NCBI GenBank assembly: GCA_963796055.1
Contig: CAWCKH010000004.1
Location: forward strand, 1,792,001-1,856,000
Reading direction: 5' to 3'
Source of the DNA: an uncultured delta proteobacterium
Lineage (GTDB): Bacteria; Myxococcota; Myxococcia; Myxococcales; Myxococcaceae
DNA: 64,000 nucleotides
In this document: in pieces, positions 39,613 to 49,695 of the stretch
How the letters are laid out: each line of letters begins with the position of its first letter
How positions within the stretch are numbered: position 1 is the stretch's first letter
Translations under genes and position numbers: made by a program
Notes under the pieces: model-generated
Databases searched by the model: none
Seen by the model: the letters and a program-made list of their open reading frames with translations, nothing else
What the model was told of the DNA's origin: nothing

Positions 39613-42154
39613 TCATTGGCCCCGGAGCCACACCGAGACCTCCGGAGCCAGCCGCTCGCGGAGCGCGACGTCCTGGGCGAGCCGCTCGAGGGTCTGGGCG
39701 ACGGCCTGCTGCGCCTCGGGGATGGGGTGCGCCTCGAGGAAGGCGCGGGCCTCATCGAGGTGCCGCCGCTCGCGCAGGTTCCCCAGCGCCTCCACCACCC
39801 GACGGAGCAGCATCGGCGCCTGCGCGGTCTTCTCGATCACCGTCGACCAGCGGTCGCGCAGCAGCTTCCAGCTCCCCTCGCGTGCCGCCCGGTTCGCCAG
39901 CAACCCGTGGATGACGGAGTGGAAGTCCTGGAGGGGCACCACGGGGTCGAAGATCATCCCCTGGCCGCGCTCGACCGGCCCGGGCCTCTCGAAGGCGGTC
40001 AGCGATATGAGATATCGCCGCTTCACCGCCGGGTCGGGCTCGCGAGGGAAGGCGGCCCGGAGGCGGTCGAACAGCTCGTTGTCGCCTTCACGGGCGGTGA
40101 CGGCCACCGCGGTGTCCAGCAGGTTCGGGTCGAGCGCGGTGCGCTGCCCGTTGAGCACCCGGTCCACCCGCGGCGCCGCCTCGGCGAGGACCGAGCGCGC
40201 GCGTGCCACCCCGGCCACGGCCCGGAGCAGCGCCGCGCGCCGGAGCCGGTCCTGGTCGGTCTCGCCGGCCACCGGATCCCAGCCCATCGACCGGAAGCGG
40301 GGGAGAAACAGCCGCTCGACCAGGCGCCGGAATCGCTCCAGCTCCTCCCCGTCCACCAGCCGCGCCTCGACGTAGGCCAGCCGGCCCACCAGCTCGTCGA
40401 GCACCGCGTGGTCGGACTCCTCCCCGAACGCCAGCACCAGGTCGAGGAAGTCCGAGATGCTCGCGCGCCCGGCGCGCACCAGCGCCCACTGGTCAGCGAG
40501 CAGGCCGATACGTTCGGCCGGGAGCAGCGCGCCCAGCGACTTGCCGAGCGCGGCGAGCAGCTCGGCGAGAGTACGCCACGCGGTAGAAGCCGGTGGAGCC
40601 CGCGTTGGCGTCCAGCCACTTCACCGGGCCCGCGGCCTCGAGCGTGACCTCGCCGGTCCGCCTCTCCATCAGGAAGGTCCGGGTGTGTCGGCCACGGTCG
40701 TCGCCCCAGGCCAGGACCAGCGGGACCGGCCAGGTCTCCGGACCGCTCAGGCCCGGCTCGGAGAAGAAGCGCTCCTGCGAGAGCCGCACCCGGCTGCCCT
40801 CGAGCGTGACACTCACCACCGGATAGCCGCTCTGGCGGATCCAGGCGTTCGCCAGCTCGACCACCGGCGCCTTCGAGGCCTTCGCCAGCGCACCCCAGAG
40901 GTCGTCGGCGACCGCGTTGGCGCGCGCGTGCTGGCGCATGTAGTCGCGGATTCCGGCGCGGAACGCCTCCTCGCCGAGGAAGCCCTCGATCATCCGGAGG
41001 ACCGCGCCGCCCTTCTCGTAGGTGATGGCGTCGAAGCTCTCGGTCGCCTCGGCGGCGTTGGCCACCGTGCCGCGGATGGGGTGGGTCGAGCGGAGCGCGT
41101 CCAGGTGCAGCGCGGTCGCCTTGCCCGCGTCGAAGTCGAGCCACACCCGCCAGTCCGGGCGCCAGCGGTCGACGATCTTGTAGGCCATCCAGGTGGCGAA
41201 CGCCTCGTTCAGCCAGAGGTCGTCCCACCAGACCATCGTCACCCAGTTCCCGAACCACTGGTGGGCCAGCTCGTGCGTGACCACCTCGGCGACGCGCTTC
41301 TGCACCGCCAGCGGCGCGGTGGCCGGATCGACCAGCAGCGCCAGCTCGCGGTAGGTGATGAGCCCGGCGTTCTCCATCGCCCCGGCTTCGAACTCGGGGA
41401 TGCCGACCTGGTCGAGCTTTCCGAAGGCGTACGGCAGCCCGAAGTACTCCTGGAGCATGGGCAACACCGCCAGCGCGGTCTGCTGCCCGAACCCGAGGAG
41501 GGCCCGCTTCTCCTCCAGGGACCAGGTGCGGACGGGGACGCCGGCAGCCATCTCCTCCGAGGTGGAGACCAGGGGTCCGACGACCAGGGCGATCAGGTAG
41601 CTCGGGAGCACCTCGGTCTCGGCGAAGCGCACCTTGCGATGCGGACCGTCGAGCTCCTCGGCGAGGACCCGGCCATTGCTCAGCGCCACGAGCTTCGGGG
41701 GCACCTTCACCGTGAGGGCCCAGGTGCACTTGAACGCAGGCTCGTCGAAGCAGGGAAACACCCGGCGGGCGTCCGCGGCCTCGAACTGGGTCGCTGCGAC
41801 CGAGCCTGCCAGGTAGAGCCCCCGGAGCCCGTCGGTGAAGCGACCGCTCCACTGCAGCACGAGCCACGCCTCCCCTCCGGGGAGCTCGGCATCGAGGTCG
41901 AGGGCCACGGTCTCGCTCACCGGCCGGACGTGGACGCTGGGGCGGAAGACCCGGCCGGCGGCGTGCACCTCGGCATGCGAGATTTGCAGCGCCACCGCGT
42001 GGAGCACGATGCTCCGGACCGGTTGCTCCACCCAGAGCGTCAGCTCGGCGTCGCCGGCGAAGGTGCGCGCGTCCAGGTCCAGGCTGACCGTCGCCTGGAA
42101 GCGCCGCGGGAGGACGTCCCGGGAGAGGCGGAAGTTGCGGTCGTCGGTCGTCAC
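39613..42154 (-). CDS. M1-family aminopeptidase with ERAP1-like C-domain, frameshift near 40567
   Basis: ATQFEAADARR, GAMENAG, HELAHQWFGN...E, YEKG; C-terminal part in ORF 39613..40479. Confidence 0.9.
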
Positions 42155-42348
42155 AGGGCCCGGAGACTCGCACGGGCCGGGCCTCCGGGAGAGGACGAAT
42201 CGCCACCGGGCGGTCCGGTGGCGCCGCCCGGCGTCGACGGGGTGACCCTCCAGGGCGAGGCGTCCGGTCAGGGTCCAACGCAATGCGCCAGGGTCGGTCC
42301 GAGGATGGGTGCGCCGTGGCACGGCTGTGCCCCGTCAGGGGTGCCGCC

Positions 42349-42891
42349 TCAGTCGTGATCGCACTCGTCGGTGTGAACGTGCCCGCCTGCCAGCTCGGCC
42401 GCGCGCTCCTTCTGGAGCTTCTGCATCCGCTTGCGAATCAGCCCACGCTTGAGCTGCGACAGGTGCTCCACGAACGTCGTCCCCCCGAGGTGGTCGATCT
42501 CGTGCTGCAGGACGTGGGCCAGCCGCCCCTCCGCCGACAGGTCGTGCTGGGCCCCGGTCCGGTCCTGATAACGCACCTTCACCTTGGCGAAGCGCGGGGT
42601 CTGCTCCCACTCGTGCGGGACCGACAGGCAGCCCTCCTCGAGGCTGAGCGGCTCGCTCCGCTCCAGCACCACCGGGTTCGCGATCTCGAAGAACGTCCCG
42701 TCCTCCCGGCCGACCCAGGCGATGGAGAGCGGAACGCCGATCTGGTTGGCGGCGATGCCAATCCCCTCCGCGGCGCGCAACGACTCCATCATCTCCTCGA
42801 GCAGCGGGTCGAGCGCAGGACCGAACTCGGTCACCGGACGGGTTCGTGTGGACAGCACCTTGTCGGGCCAGATGACGATCGGCTTGGGCAT
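42349..42891 (-). CDS. def: Peptide deformylase
   Basis: GIGIAANQIG, EGCLSV, QHEIDHL. Confidence 0.95.
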   Translation of the reverse strand: MPKPIVIWPDKVLSTRTRPVTEFGPALDPLLEEMMESLRAAEGIGIAANQIGVPLSIAWVGREDGTFFEIANPVVLERSEPLSLEEGCLSVPHEWEQTPRFAKVKVRYQDRTGAQHDLSAEGRLAHVLQHEIDHLGGTTFVEHLSQLKRGLIRKRMQKLQKERAAELAGGHVHTDECDHD

Positions 42892-42962
42892 CTTTCCTTG
42901 GGGCGGCTCTCTAGCGCAGGCTCGTCTCTGCTTCACCCCGGATTCGACGCGAGGAGCTCTCG

Positions 42963-43614
42963 ATGGCCTGGCTCATGTCCCGGATGTACGACCATCTCCT
43001 GGAGGGCGCCGAGCGGTCGGGACTGCGGGACTGGCGGCGCGCGCTGCTCGGAGCGCGCCCGGGGGGAAGTGCTCGAGCTCGGTGCCGGCACCGGAAGCAA
43101 CCTGGCCCTCTACCCATCCACCGTCACCCGTCTGGTGGTCTCGGAGCCCGATCGGCACATGCGCCAGATCCTCGAGGGCAAGCTCGCCGGTCGCCCCCAG
43201 GTCGAGGTCGTCGACGCGCCCGCCGAGGCGCTGCCCTTTGCCGCGCAGAGCTTCGACACGGTGGTGGCCACCCTCGTCCTCTGCTCGGTGCGGGACCCCT
43301 CGGCCGTCCTTTCCGAGATCCGCCGCGTGCTGCGACCTGGCGGAACGCTCCTCTTCCTGGAGCACGTCGCGGCGCCCGCCGGGACCTGGACCCGCCGCGT
43401 GCAGGGCGTGCTCGAGCCGGTGTGGAAGCGCGTCGCCAGCAACTGCCACCTGACCCGCGAGACCGGACCGCTGCTCGAGGCCGCCGGCTTCCAGCTCGCG
43501 CCGTGCACCGAGGAGCTGATCCCGGGGTCGACCACCCTGAGCGGGCGGAGCATCCGCGGAGTCGCGCATCCGCTCACCCTGGGTAGAGCCCGGCCCCGTC
43601 CTGGAAACGCTTGA
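42963..43614 (+). CDS. Class I SAM-dependent methyltransferase, frameshift near 43055
   Basis: MAWLMSRMYD in one frame; VLELGAGTG, FDTVV, LCSV, LRPGG...EH in the other. Confidence 0.82.
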
Positions 43615-43676
43615 CAGCGGGGGGGAGCGCCCTGCCTCAATGCCGACCCTTCTCCGAGGGAGGGAGGCTCACCCAG

Positions 43677-45785
43677 ATGGCAGTCGACCCCGCCGCGCCA
43701 CACCCCGCCGCCGCCGCGCCGTCCAGTGCCGCCGCCGACACCGGGTCCGACTTCCAGCCCTACGTCCCCGACGACGTCCGGCTCCCGGAGTTCACGCCCA
43801 AGGCCGTCCTCGTCGGAGTCTTCTTCGGCCTGCTCTTCGGTGCGTCCACGGTGTACCTGGCGCTGAAGGCGGGGCTGACGGTCTCGGCGTCCATTCCGGT
43901 CGCGGTGCTGTCCATCTCGCTGCTGAAGAAGCTCGGCGGCTCTACCATCCTCGAGAACAACATCGTCCAGACCATCGGCTCGGCGGGGGAGAGCATCGCC
44001 TCGGGGGTGGTCTTCACCCTGCCGGGGTTCCTCTTCCTCGCCGCCGATTCGCGCACCCACCAGAGCGTGGGCGCCCCCTACTTCAGCTACCCGGTCATCT
44101 TCACCCTGGCGGTGCTGGGCGGCATCCTGGGGGTGCTGATGATGATCCCGCTGCGCCGGGCGCTGATCGTCAACGAGCACAAGAACCTGCCCTACCCCGA
44201 GGGGACGGCCTGCGCCCAGGTGCTCATCGCCGGTGAGAAGGGTGGGGCGATGGCGGCCACCGCCTACCGTGGCCTGGGCTTCGCGGTGGTGTACGCGCTG
44301 CTGCAACAGGTGTTCAAGGTGATCGCCGACACGCCGGGGTACGTGACCCGCGCCACCAGCCGGGTGTTCCCCGCCGCGACCGTCAACGCGAGCATCACCC
44401 CCGAATACCTCGGGGTGGGCTACATCATCGGCCCTCGCATCGCCGGGGTCCTGGTCGCGGGCGGCGTGCTGGCGTGGCTGGGGCTCATCCCGCTGCTCGC
44501 CTCGCTGGTCCCGCCGCAGGTGGTGGCCGTCCAGCTGCACAAGCTGGGCTACCTCCCGGATCTCATGAAGGCCGGCCGCTACGGCTGGAACCCCACGACC
44601 CATTCCTTCAGCGAACTGAACGTCGCCATCTACTACGCGTACGTCCGGCAGATCGGTGCAGGGGCAGTGGCGGCGGGCGGCTTCATGACCCTGCTCAAGA
44701 CGCTGCCCACCATCATCAGCAGCTTCAAGAGCAGCGTCGCCGCGCTGAAGGCCGGGCGGCAGGGCGTGACCGCGCGACGGACCGAGGACGACCTGCCCCT
44801 CACCGTCACCATCGGGGGCAGCGTGCTCCTGGTGCTGATCATGGCCTTCCTGCCGTTCATCCCCGGAACCTTCCTCGGCCGGCTGGTGCTCGGGGTCCTG
44901 ATCATCGTCTTCGGCTTCTTCTTCGTCACCGTGGCCTCGCGCATCGTGGGAATCATCGGGACCAGCAGCAGCCCGGTCTCGGGCATGACCATCGCCACGC
45001 TGATGGCCACCTGCCTGCTCTTCCTGGCCCTGGGGTGGACCAGCGATCCCTACCAGCCGATGGCGCTCTGCGTGGGCGGCATCGTGTGCGTGGCGGCGGC
45101 CAACGCCGGAGCGACGTCGCAGGATCTCAAGACCGGCTTCCTCGTCGGCGCGACACCCAAGTACCAGCAGATCGGCCTGATCATCGGCGTGGTCGCCGCC
45201 TCGCTCATCATCGGCATCACCGTGACCGCGCTGGACAAGCCGACCCTGGACGCGTCCACCGGCACGGTGCTCCACCAGATCGGCACCACCCGGTTCCCGG
45301 CGCCGCAGGGCACCTTGATGGCCACGCTCATCCGCGGGCTGCTCTCGGCCAACCTGGACTGGCAGTTCGTGCTGGTCGGCGTCTTCCTCGCGCTCACCGT
45401 GGAGCTGTGCGGGGTCTCGCCGCTGTCGTTCGCGGTGGGCGCCTACCTGCCGCTGTCCACCACGCTTCCCATCTTCTGCGGCGGCGTGGTGAAGGCCATC
45501 GTGGACCGGACCAGCGGGAAGAGGGCGACCGCGTCGCACGAGGACGAGCTCGGCTCGGGCAGCCTATTCGCCACCGGCCTGGTGGCGGGCGGCACCTTGC
45601 TGGGCGTCGCAGTGGCGCTGCTGTCCATCTCCCCCGCCATCGAGGAGGTCCTCGGAAAGCTCGATGTCAGCGGTGCGCTGGTCGGAGCGCTGGGGAAGGG
45701 CGGGTTCGAGCTCCTCGGGGTGGCGTTCTTCGTCTTCATGGCGGTGGTGCTGTACCGGACGGCTAAGAAGCCGCTGGAGGGCTGA
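43677..45785 (+). CDS. OPT-family oligopeptide transporter
   Basis: YLALKAGLTVSASIP, LENNIVQTIGSAGES, YPEGTACA, QDLKTG, APQG. Confidence 0.92.
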   Translation: MAVDPAAPHPAAAAPSSAAADTGSDFQPYVPDDVRLPEFTPKAVLVGVFFGLLFGASTVYLALKAGLTVSASIPVAVLSISLLKKLGGSTILENNIVQTIGSAGESIASGVVFTLPGFLFLAADSRTHQSVGAPYFSYPVIFTLAVLGGILGVLMMIPLRRALIVNEHKNLPYPEGTACAQVLIAGEKGGAMAATAYRGLGFAVVYALLQQVFKVIADTPGYVTRATSRVFPAATVNASITPEYLGVGYIIGPRIAGVLVAGGVLAWLGLIPLLASLVPPQVVAVQLHKLGYLPDLMKAGRYGWNPTTHSFSELNVAIYYAYVRQIGAGAVAAGGFMTLLKTLPTIISSFKSSVAALKAGRQGVTARRTEDDLPLTVTIGGSVLLVLIMAFLPFIPGTFLGRLVLGVLIIVFGFFFVTVASRIVGIIGTSSSPVSGMTIATLMATCLLFLALGWTSDPYQPMALCVGGIVCVAAANAGATSQDLKTGFLVGATPKYQQIGLIIGVVAASLIIGITVTALDKPTLDASTGTVLHQIGTTRFPAPQGTLMATLIRGLLSANLDWQFVLVGVFLALTVELCGVSPLSFAVGAYLPLSTTLPIFCGGVVKAIVDRTSGKRATASHEDELGSGSLFATGLVAGGTLLGVAVALLSISPAIEEVLGKLDVSGALVGALGKGGFELLGVAFFVFMAVVLYRTAKKPLEG

Positions 45786-45812
45786 TGAGGGTGGTCTCGG
45801 CGACGAGGCCCG

Positions 45813-46679
45813 TCAGACCGGAAGCTCTCCTACGGTGAGCCGGCCGAGCGCGGCGGCGTCGGCCACCGCCTCGATGTCGACGATCCGTCCCTCGGCGATG
45901 GTGGGGATGAGGACGACGAGAACTCGGCCACGGGGCGCGACGACGATGCCCAGCTCCCCATCGACCAGCGCTGCCGTCGCGACCTGCGCGCGTCCCTTGA
46001 ACATCGCCGCGACCGCCTCGGCGCCGCGGAGCTCCGGCGCCGACCCGAGGCGGACCGCCGCGGGATCCGCCCGGAAGACCACCTCGGGGTCGAGGATGGC
46101 CAGGAGCGTGGTCAGGTCTCCCTGCCTCGAAGCGGCGAGGAACGCCTCCACCAGCCTCCGCTCGGCGCCGAGCTCGGCGTCCTTCCCGACGCCCTGGACC
46201 CGGCGCCGAGCGCGGCTCGCGAGCTGCCGGGCGGCGACCGGGGAGCGATCGACGATGCGGGCGATGTCCTCGAAGGACACGTCGAAGAGGTCATGGAGCA
46301 CGAAGGCCACGCGTTCGGCGGGTGCGAGCCGCTCCAGCACCACCATCAGCGCGACCCCGACTGCATCCGCGGTTCGCGCGTCCTGCTCGGGGTCCACCGG
46401 CGCGGCCTGCCGCTCGGCCACGGCCACCGCGTCCGCCTCGGGCGCCTCGCGGCGAGAGCGTCGCGCGCGCAGCATGTCCAGGCACACCCTGGCAACCACG
46501 GTGGTGAGCCACCCGCTCAGGTTCTCCACCGTCTCCGTGCCCGAGCGACTGAAGCGGAGCCAGGCCTCCTGGACCGCGTCCGCGGCCTCGCTGCCCGAGC
46601 CGAGGATCCGCTCGGCCACCTGCTCCAGCCGGGAGCGATGGCTCTCGAAGCGCTCGGCCATCCAGGTCTGCTCGTCCAT
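45813..46679 (-). CDS. ECF sigma factor, ECF41/SigJ type with SnoaL-like C-terminal extension
   Basis: DAVQEAWLR, WLTTVVARVCLDML, LERLAPAERVAFVLHD, RQLASRARR, VEAFLAA. Confidence 0.9.
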   Translation of the reverse strand: MDEQTWMAERFESHRSRLEQVAERILGSGSEAADAVQEAWLRFSRSGTETVENLSGWLTTVVARVCLDMLRARRSRREAPEADAVAVAERQAAPVDPEQDARTADAVGVALMVVLERLAPAERVAFVLHDLFDVSFEDIARIVDRSPVAARQLASRARRRVQGVGKDAELGAERRLVEAFLAASRQGDLTTLLAILDPEVVFRADPAAVRLGSAPELRGAEAVAAMFKGRAQVATAALVDGELGIVVAPRGRVLVVLIPTIAEGRIVDIEAVADAAALGRLTVGELPV

Positions 46680-46680
46680 C

Positions 46681-46707
46681 GGTCACCTTTCTCGCACCAG
46701 GTTCGTC
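46681..46707 (+). promoter_or_regulatory. ECF41-type promoter for the CMD gene
   Basis: GGTCACC-N16-CGTC; the ECF41 consensus is TGTCACA-N16-CGTC. Confidence 0.7.
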
Positions 46708-46715
46708 ATCCGGGT

Positions 46716-46742
46716 GACGAGGCGCGCTGGAACGATGTGACC
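46716..46742 (-). promoter_or_regulatory. ECF41-type autoregulatory promoter for the sigma gene
   Basis: Minus strand reads GGTCACA-N16-CGTC. Confidence 0.72.
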
Positions 46743-46780
46743 GGGATGGCCCCGGAGCGCTGCTCCGTCCGATGGGAGAC

Positions 46781-47236
46781 ATGACGATGCAGTCGAGGAT
46801 GAAGCACCCAGTGGAGCTCCTGCCCGAGGCAATGAAGGCGCTGCAGGCGCTGGACGGCTCGGCCGAGAGGCTGCCCTATGTGATCCGGAAGCTCGTGGAC
46901 CTGAGGGCCAGTCAGATCAACGGCTGCAGCATGTGCGTGGACATGCACGCCCGCGAGCTGAAGCGGGCAGGAGAGACAGACCAGCGCATCTTCGCCGTGG
47001 CCGCCTGGCGCGACACGCCCTGGTTCACCGACGCGGAGCGGGCGGCGCTCGCGTTGACCGAGGCCGTGACCCGGCTTCCCGACCGCGACGACCCGGTGCC
47101 CGACCCGATCTGGAAGGAGGCCGCGCGGCACTACGACGCCCCGGCGCTCGCGGCACTGCTGGTCCAGATCGCGCTGATCAACGTCTGGAACCGACTCAAC
47201 GTGCCCATCCGCCAGGTGGCTGGCGCCGCCTGGTGA
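46781..47236 (+). CDS. Carboxymuconolactone decarboxylase/AhpD-family protein
   Basis: LRASQINGCSMCVDMH, ERAALALTEA, INVWNRL; typical ECF41 partner. GGAG before ATG 46781. Confidence 0.9.
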   Translation: MTMQSRMKHPVELLPEAMKALQALDGSAERLPYVIRKLVDLRASQINGCSMCVDMHARELKRAGETDQRIFAVAAWRDTPWFTDAERAALALTEAVTRLPDRDDPVPDPIWKEAARHYDAPALAALLVQIALINVWNRLNVPIRQVAGAAW

Positions 47237-47527
47237 TGCAGCGCCCGGGGTCGGGCTATCGTCGTGGGCTTGGAGAGCGGGGCGGGCCACCGGCAGAGCG
47301 AGTTGCTCGGTGTTCTGGGGTCGCTGGTCTGGTTCTCCTTGCGGTCTGTCGTTTCTACCGGAGCGGCTGGGTGGCGACGGTACTGAAGACGCTCACCCTC
47401 GGCGTCCTGGATCTGGCCATCTCGGTGGTGGTGGTGCTGCTGACGATGCTGGTCGCGCTGCTCGGAACCTGAGCCGCTGGTGGCGTCGGCCGATGCGGTC
47501 CGGGCGGTCGCCAGCCGCGGTCGACCG

Positions 47528-48805
47528 ATGCTTGGATGGGAGCCCGTGGCCCGTCTCTCCGTGCTCGTCCTCCTGGTGCTCCTCGGCTGTGGAGGAGGAG
47601 GAGAGGGCACTGGCCCGGATGCCGGGCCCGCGGGTGTCGAGCTCGCGCCGTCCCCGGGGTCACCAGACCTGCCGCTCCATGGTGCCTCGCTGGAGCAGGC
47701 GCGGGCGTTCCGGGCGGGCGACGAGGTCTTCGAGTTTCCGTTCGAACCCGTCGACGGGCTGGGGCCGGTGTACGTCCGCCCATCGTGCACCGGGTGCCAC
47801 CTGCGCGGCGGCCGCGGACCGGGCCAGACGCAGCGCATGGCGGTGGTGTCGTCGACCACCGGAGCGCCGGTCGGGCCCGTGCCGTTCGGCCCGCTGGTGC
47901 GTCCGCTGGTGACGGCGGGAGCGGTGACCCCGGTGCTCCCGCCGGACGGAGGTCTGCCCGACGGCACCGTGGTCCAGGTCACGACCCGGGTGCCCGCCCC
48001 GGTGCTCGGTGGGGCGTACCTCGAGGCCATCGCGGATTCCGAGATCGAGCGGGTGGCCGCGGAGCAGTCGCTCCGCAGCGACGGCATCCACGGCCGGGTG
48101 CACCGGGTGTCCTTCCACTCGCAGGCATCGATCGACCCGCGGTTCCCTTCCCACGCCCCGGGCGAGACGGAGCTCATCGGACGCTTCGGAGTGAAGGCGC
48201 GCCTGGCGACGCTCGACGACGTGGTGGCGGACGGGCTCCAGGGCGACCTCGGGCTCACCAGCAGCCTGCGGTCGTCCGAGCTCCCGAACCCCTCCGAGCT
48301 CCCGAACCCCGATGGGCTCGGGGACGATCTGCTGCCGGGCGTGGACGTGCCCGACGCGCAGCTCGGCGCGCTGGTGGCGTACACGCGGCTGCTGGACATC
48401 CCGCCGCGTCCGGCGCCGGATGCCCGAGGCGCTGGACTCTTCGATTCGGTGGGCTGTGCGGTGTGCCACGTCCCGAGCCTCCGCACGCGCGCGGACTGGC
48501 CGACGCCGCAGCTCGCGGGCATCGACGCCCCGGTGTTCACGGACCTGCTCCTGCACGACATGGGCGCCGACCTCGCGGACGGTCAGGAGGAGGAGGGCGC
48601 GGGCACGCGCGAGTTCCGGACCGCCCCGCTCATCGGGGTCGGGTACCTCCGGACGTTCCTTCACGACGGTCGGGCGACCACCCTCCGCGACGCGGTGCTC
48701 GCCCACGGCGGCCCCGGGTCGGAGGCGGCCGGGACGGTCCAGCGCTTCCAGGCGCTCCCCCCGGCAGACCAGGAGGCGCTGCTCGCCTTCGTCGCCGGCT
48801 TGTGA
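47528..48805 (+). CDS. Di-heme oxidoreductase (DHOR-family) lipoprotein
   Basis: Lipobox LLGC, GLGP, CTGCH, GRFG, CAVCH, TDLLLHDMG, FLHDGRA. Start uncertain. Confidence 0.85.
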   Translation: MLGWEPVARLSVLVLLVLLGCGGGGEGTGPDAGPAGVELAPSPGSPDLPLHGASLEQARAFRAGDEVFEFPFEPVDGLGPVYVRPSCTGCHLRGGRGPGQTQRMAVVSSTTGAPVGPVPFGPLVRPLVTAGAVTPVLPPDGGLPDGTVVQVTTRVPAPVLGGAYLEAIADSEIERVAAEQSLRSDGIHGRVHRVSFHSQASIDPRFPSHAPGETELIGRFGVKARLATLDDVVADGLQGDLGLTSSLRSSELPNPSELPNPDGLGDDLLPGVDVPDAQLGALVAYTRLLDIPPRPAPDARGAGLFDSVGCAVCHVPSLRTRADWPTPQLAGIDAPVFTDLLLHDMGADLADGQEEEGAGTREFRTAPLIGVGYLRTFLHDGRATTLRDAVLAHGGPGSEAAGTVQRFQALPPADQEALLAFVAGL

Positions 48806-48816
48806 GGCCAAGTCGG

Positions 48817-49695
48817 TCAGCGGCCGATCGTCGCGTCGAACACCTTCCAGGACACCCCCCCGCGGAGGTCGCGGAGCACGACGTAGATCTGGACCGGGGT
48901 CGGGGTGTCGTGGGTGCGGAACCGGATGTCGCTGGTGGCGTTCGGGTCCTCGGGGATGGGCTCGGCCGATCGAAAGTCCACCACCTCCGCCGCGGTCGAC
49001 TCCCAGCTGTAACTGAAGCGCTCGTGCTGGATGCCGCCGTCCAGCCCGACGTAGGTCTCGATGCTGGCGGGCCCCCCGTCCGGGATGTGCGGGTACAGCC
49101 GGATCTCCTGGTTCAGCGGCAGCACCGCACCCTGCAGGGGACCGCCGTCGGGCAAGGTGACGTCGAGCAGCTCCGGGTTGTGGTTCAGCGGCCCGGAGAA
49201 GCGCACCGCGAGCCGGTAGATGCCCCGCTCCCGGTTCGAGGGGTCGTTCCCCGCGTCCGGCCTCACCAGCTCGTACCCGATGGTGATCTGCGCCACGCCC
49301 GGCTCACCGACGTTGATCCCGCCGTCGATCGTACCGGCGGCGCCGAAGGCGGCCTGGAGGAACGCCTGCACCTCCGGTCGGGAGGCGTCGAGCACCAGGT
49401 CGGGCAGGTCCACCCCGTTGCTCCCCGGGCAGTCGAAGTTCACGGCGAACGGGTTTCCGGGGCCGCAGAGCGCGAGCCGGAAGGTCAGTCCGGCATCCGG
49501 ATACGCGAGCGGCGAGAAGGTGATCGGTGGCGGCAGCCCGCCATCGCGCAGGTCCGCCTCCGGCGGGTCGGCCCGGAGCGCGAGCAGGCGCACCCGGTCG
49601 AGCAGCTGGCTCTGCTTCTCGAGGTCCGGACCGCAGCTCACCCCGAGCAGCAGCCCCAGACCACCGACCCCCAGAGCGACCCACCCGTGCCGCAT
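48817..49695 (-). CDS. Lipoprotein coupled to the TonB-dependent receptor
   Basis: Signal peptide ending GVSC; RLLALRADPPE, NHNP, VVLRDLRGGVSW; overlaps the receptor stop. Confidence 0.75.
   Translation of the reverse strand: MRHGWVALGVGGLGLLLGVSCGPDLEKQSQLLDRVRLLALRADPPEADLRDGGLPPPITFSPLAYPDAGLTFRLALCGPGNPFAVNFDCPGSNGVDLPDLVLDASRPEVQAFLQAAFGAAGTIDGGINVGEPGVAQITIGYELVRPDAGNDPSNRERGIYRLAVRFSGPLNHNPELLDVTLPDGGPLQGAVLPLNQEIRLYPHIPDGGPASIETYVGLDGGIQHERFSYSWESTAAEVVDFRSAEPIPEDPNATSDIRFRTHDTPTPVQIYVVLRDLRGGVSWKVFDATIGR

Noticed and set aside
47236..47472. Short hydrophobic ORF after the CMD gene
   Set aside because: Only the last ~45 codons look like a membrane-protein C-terminus. Possibly a remnant, too weak to call.
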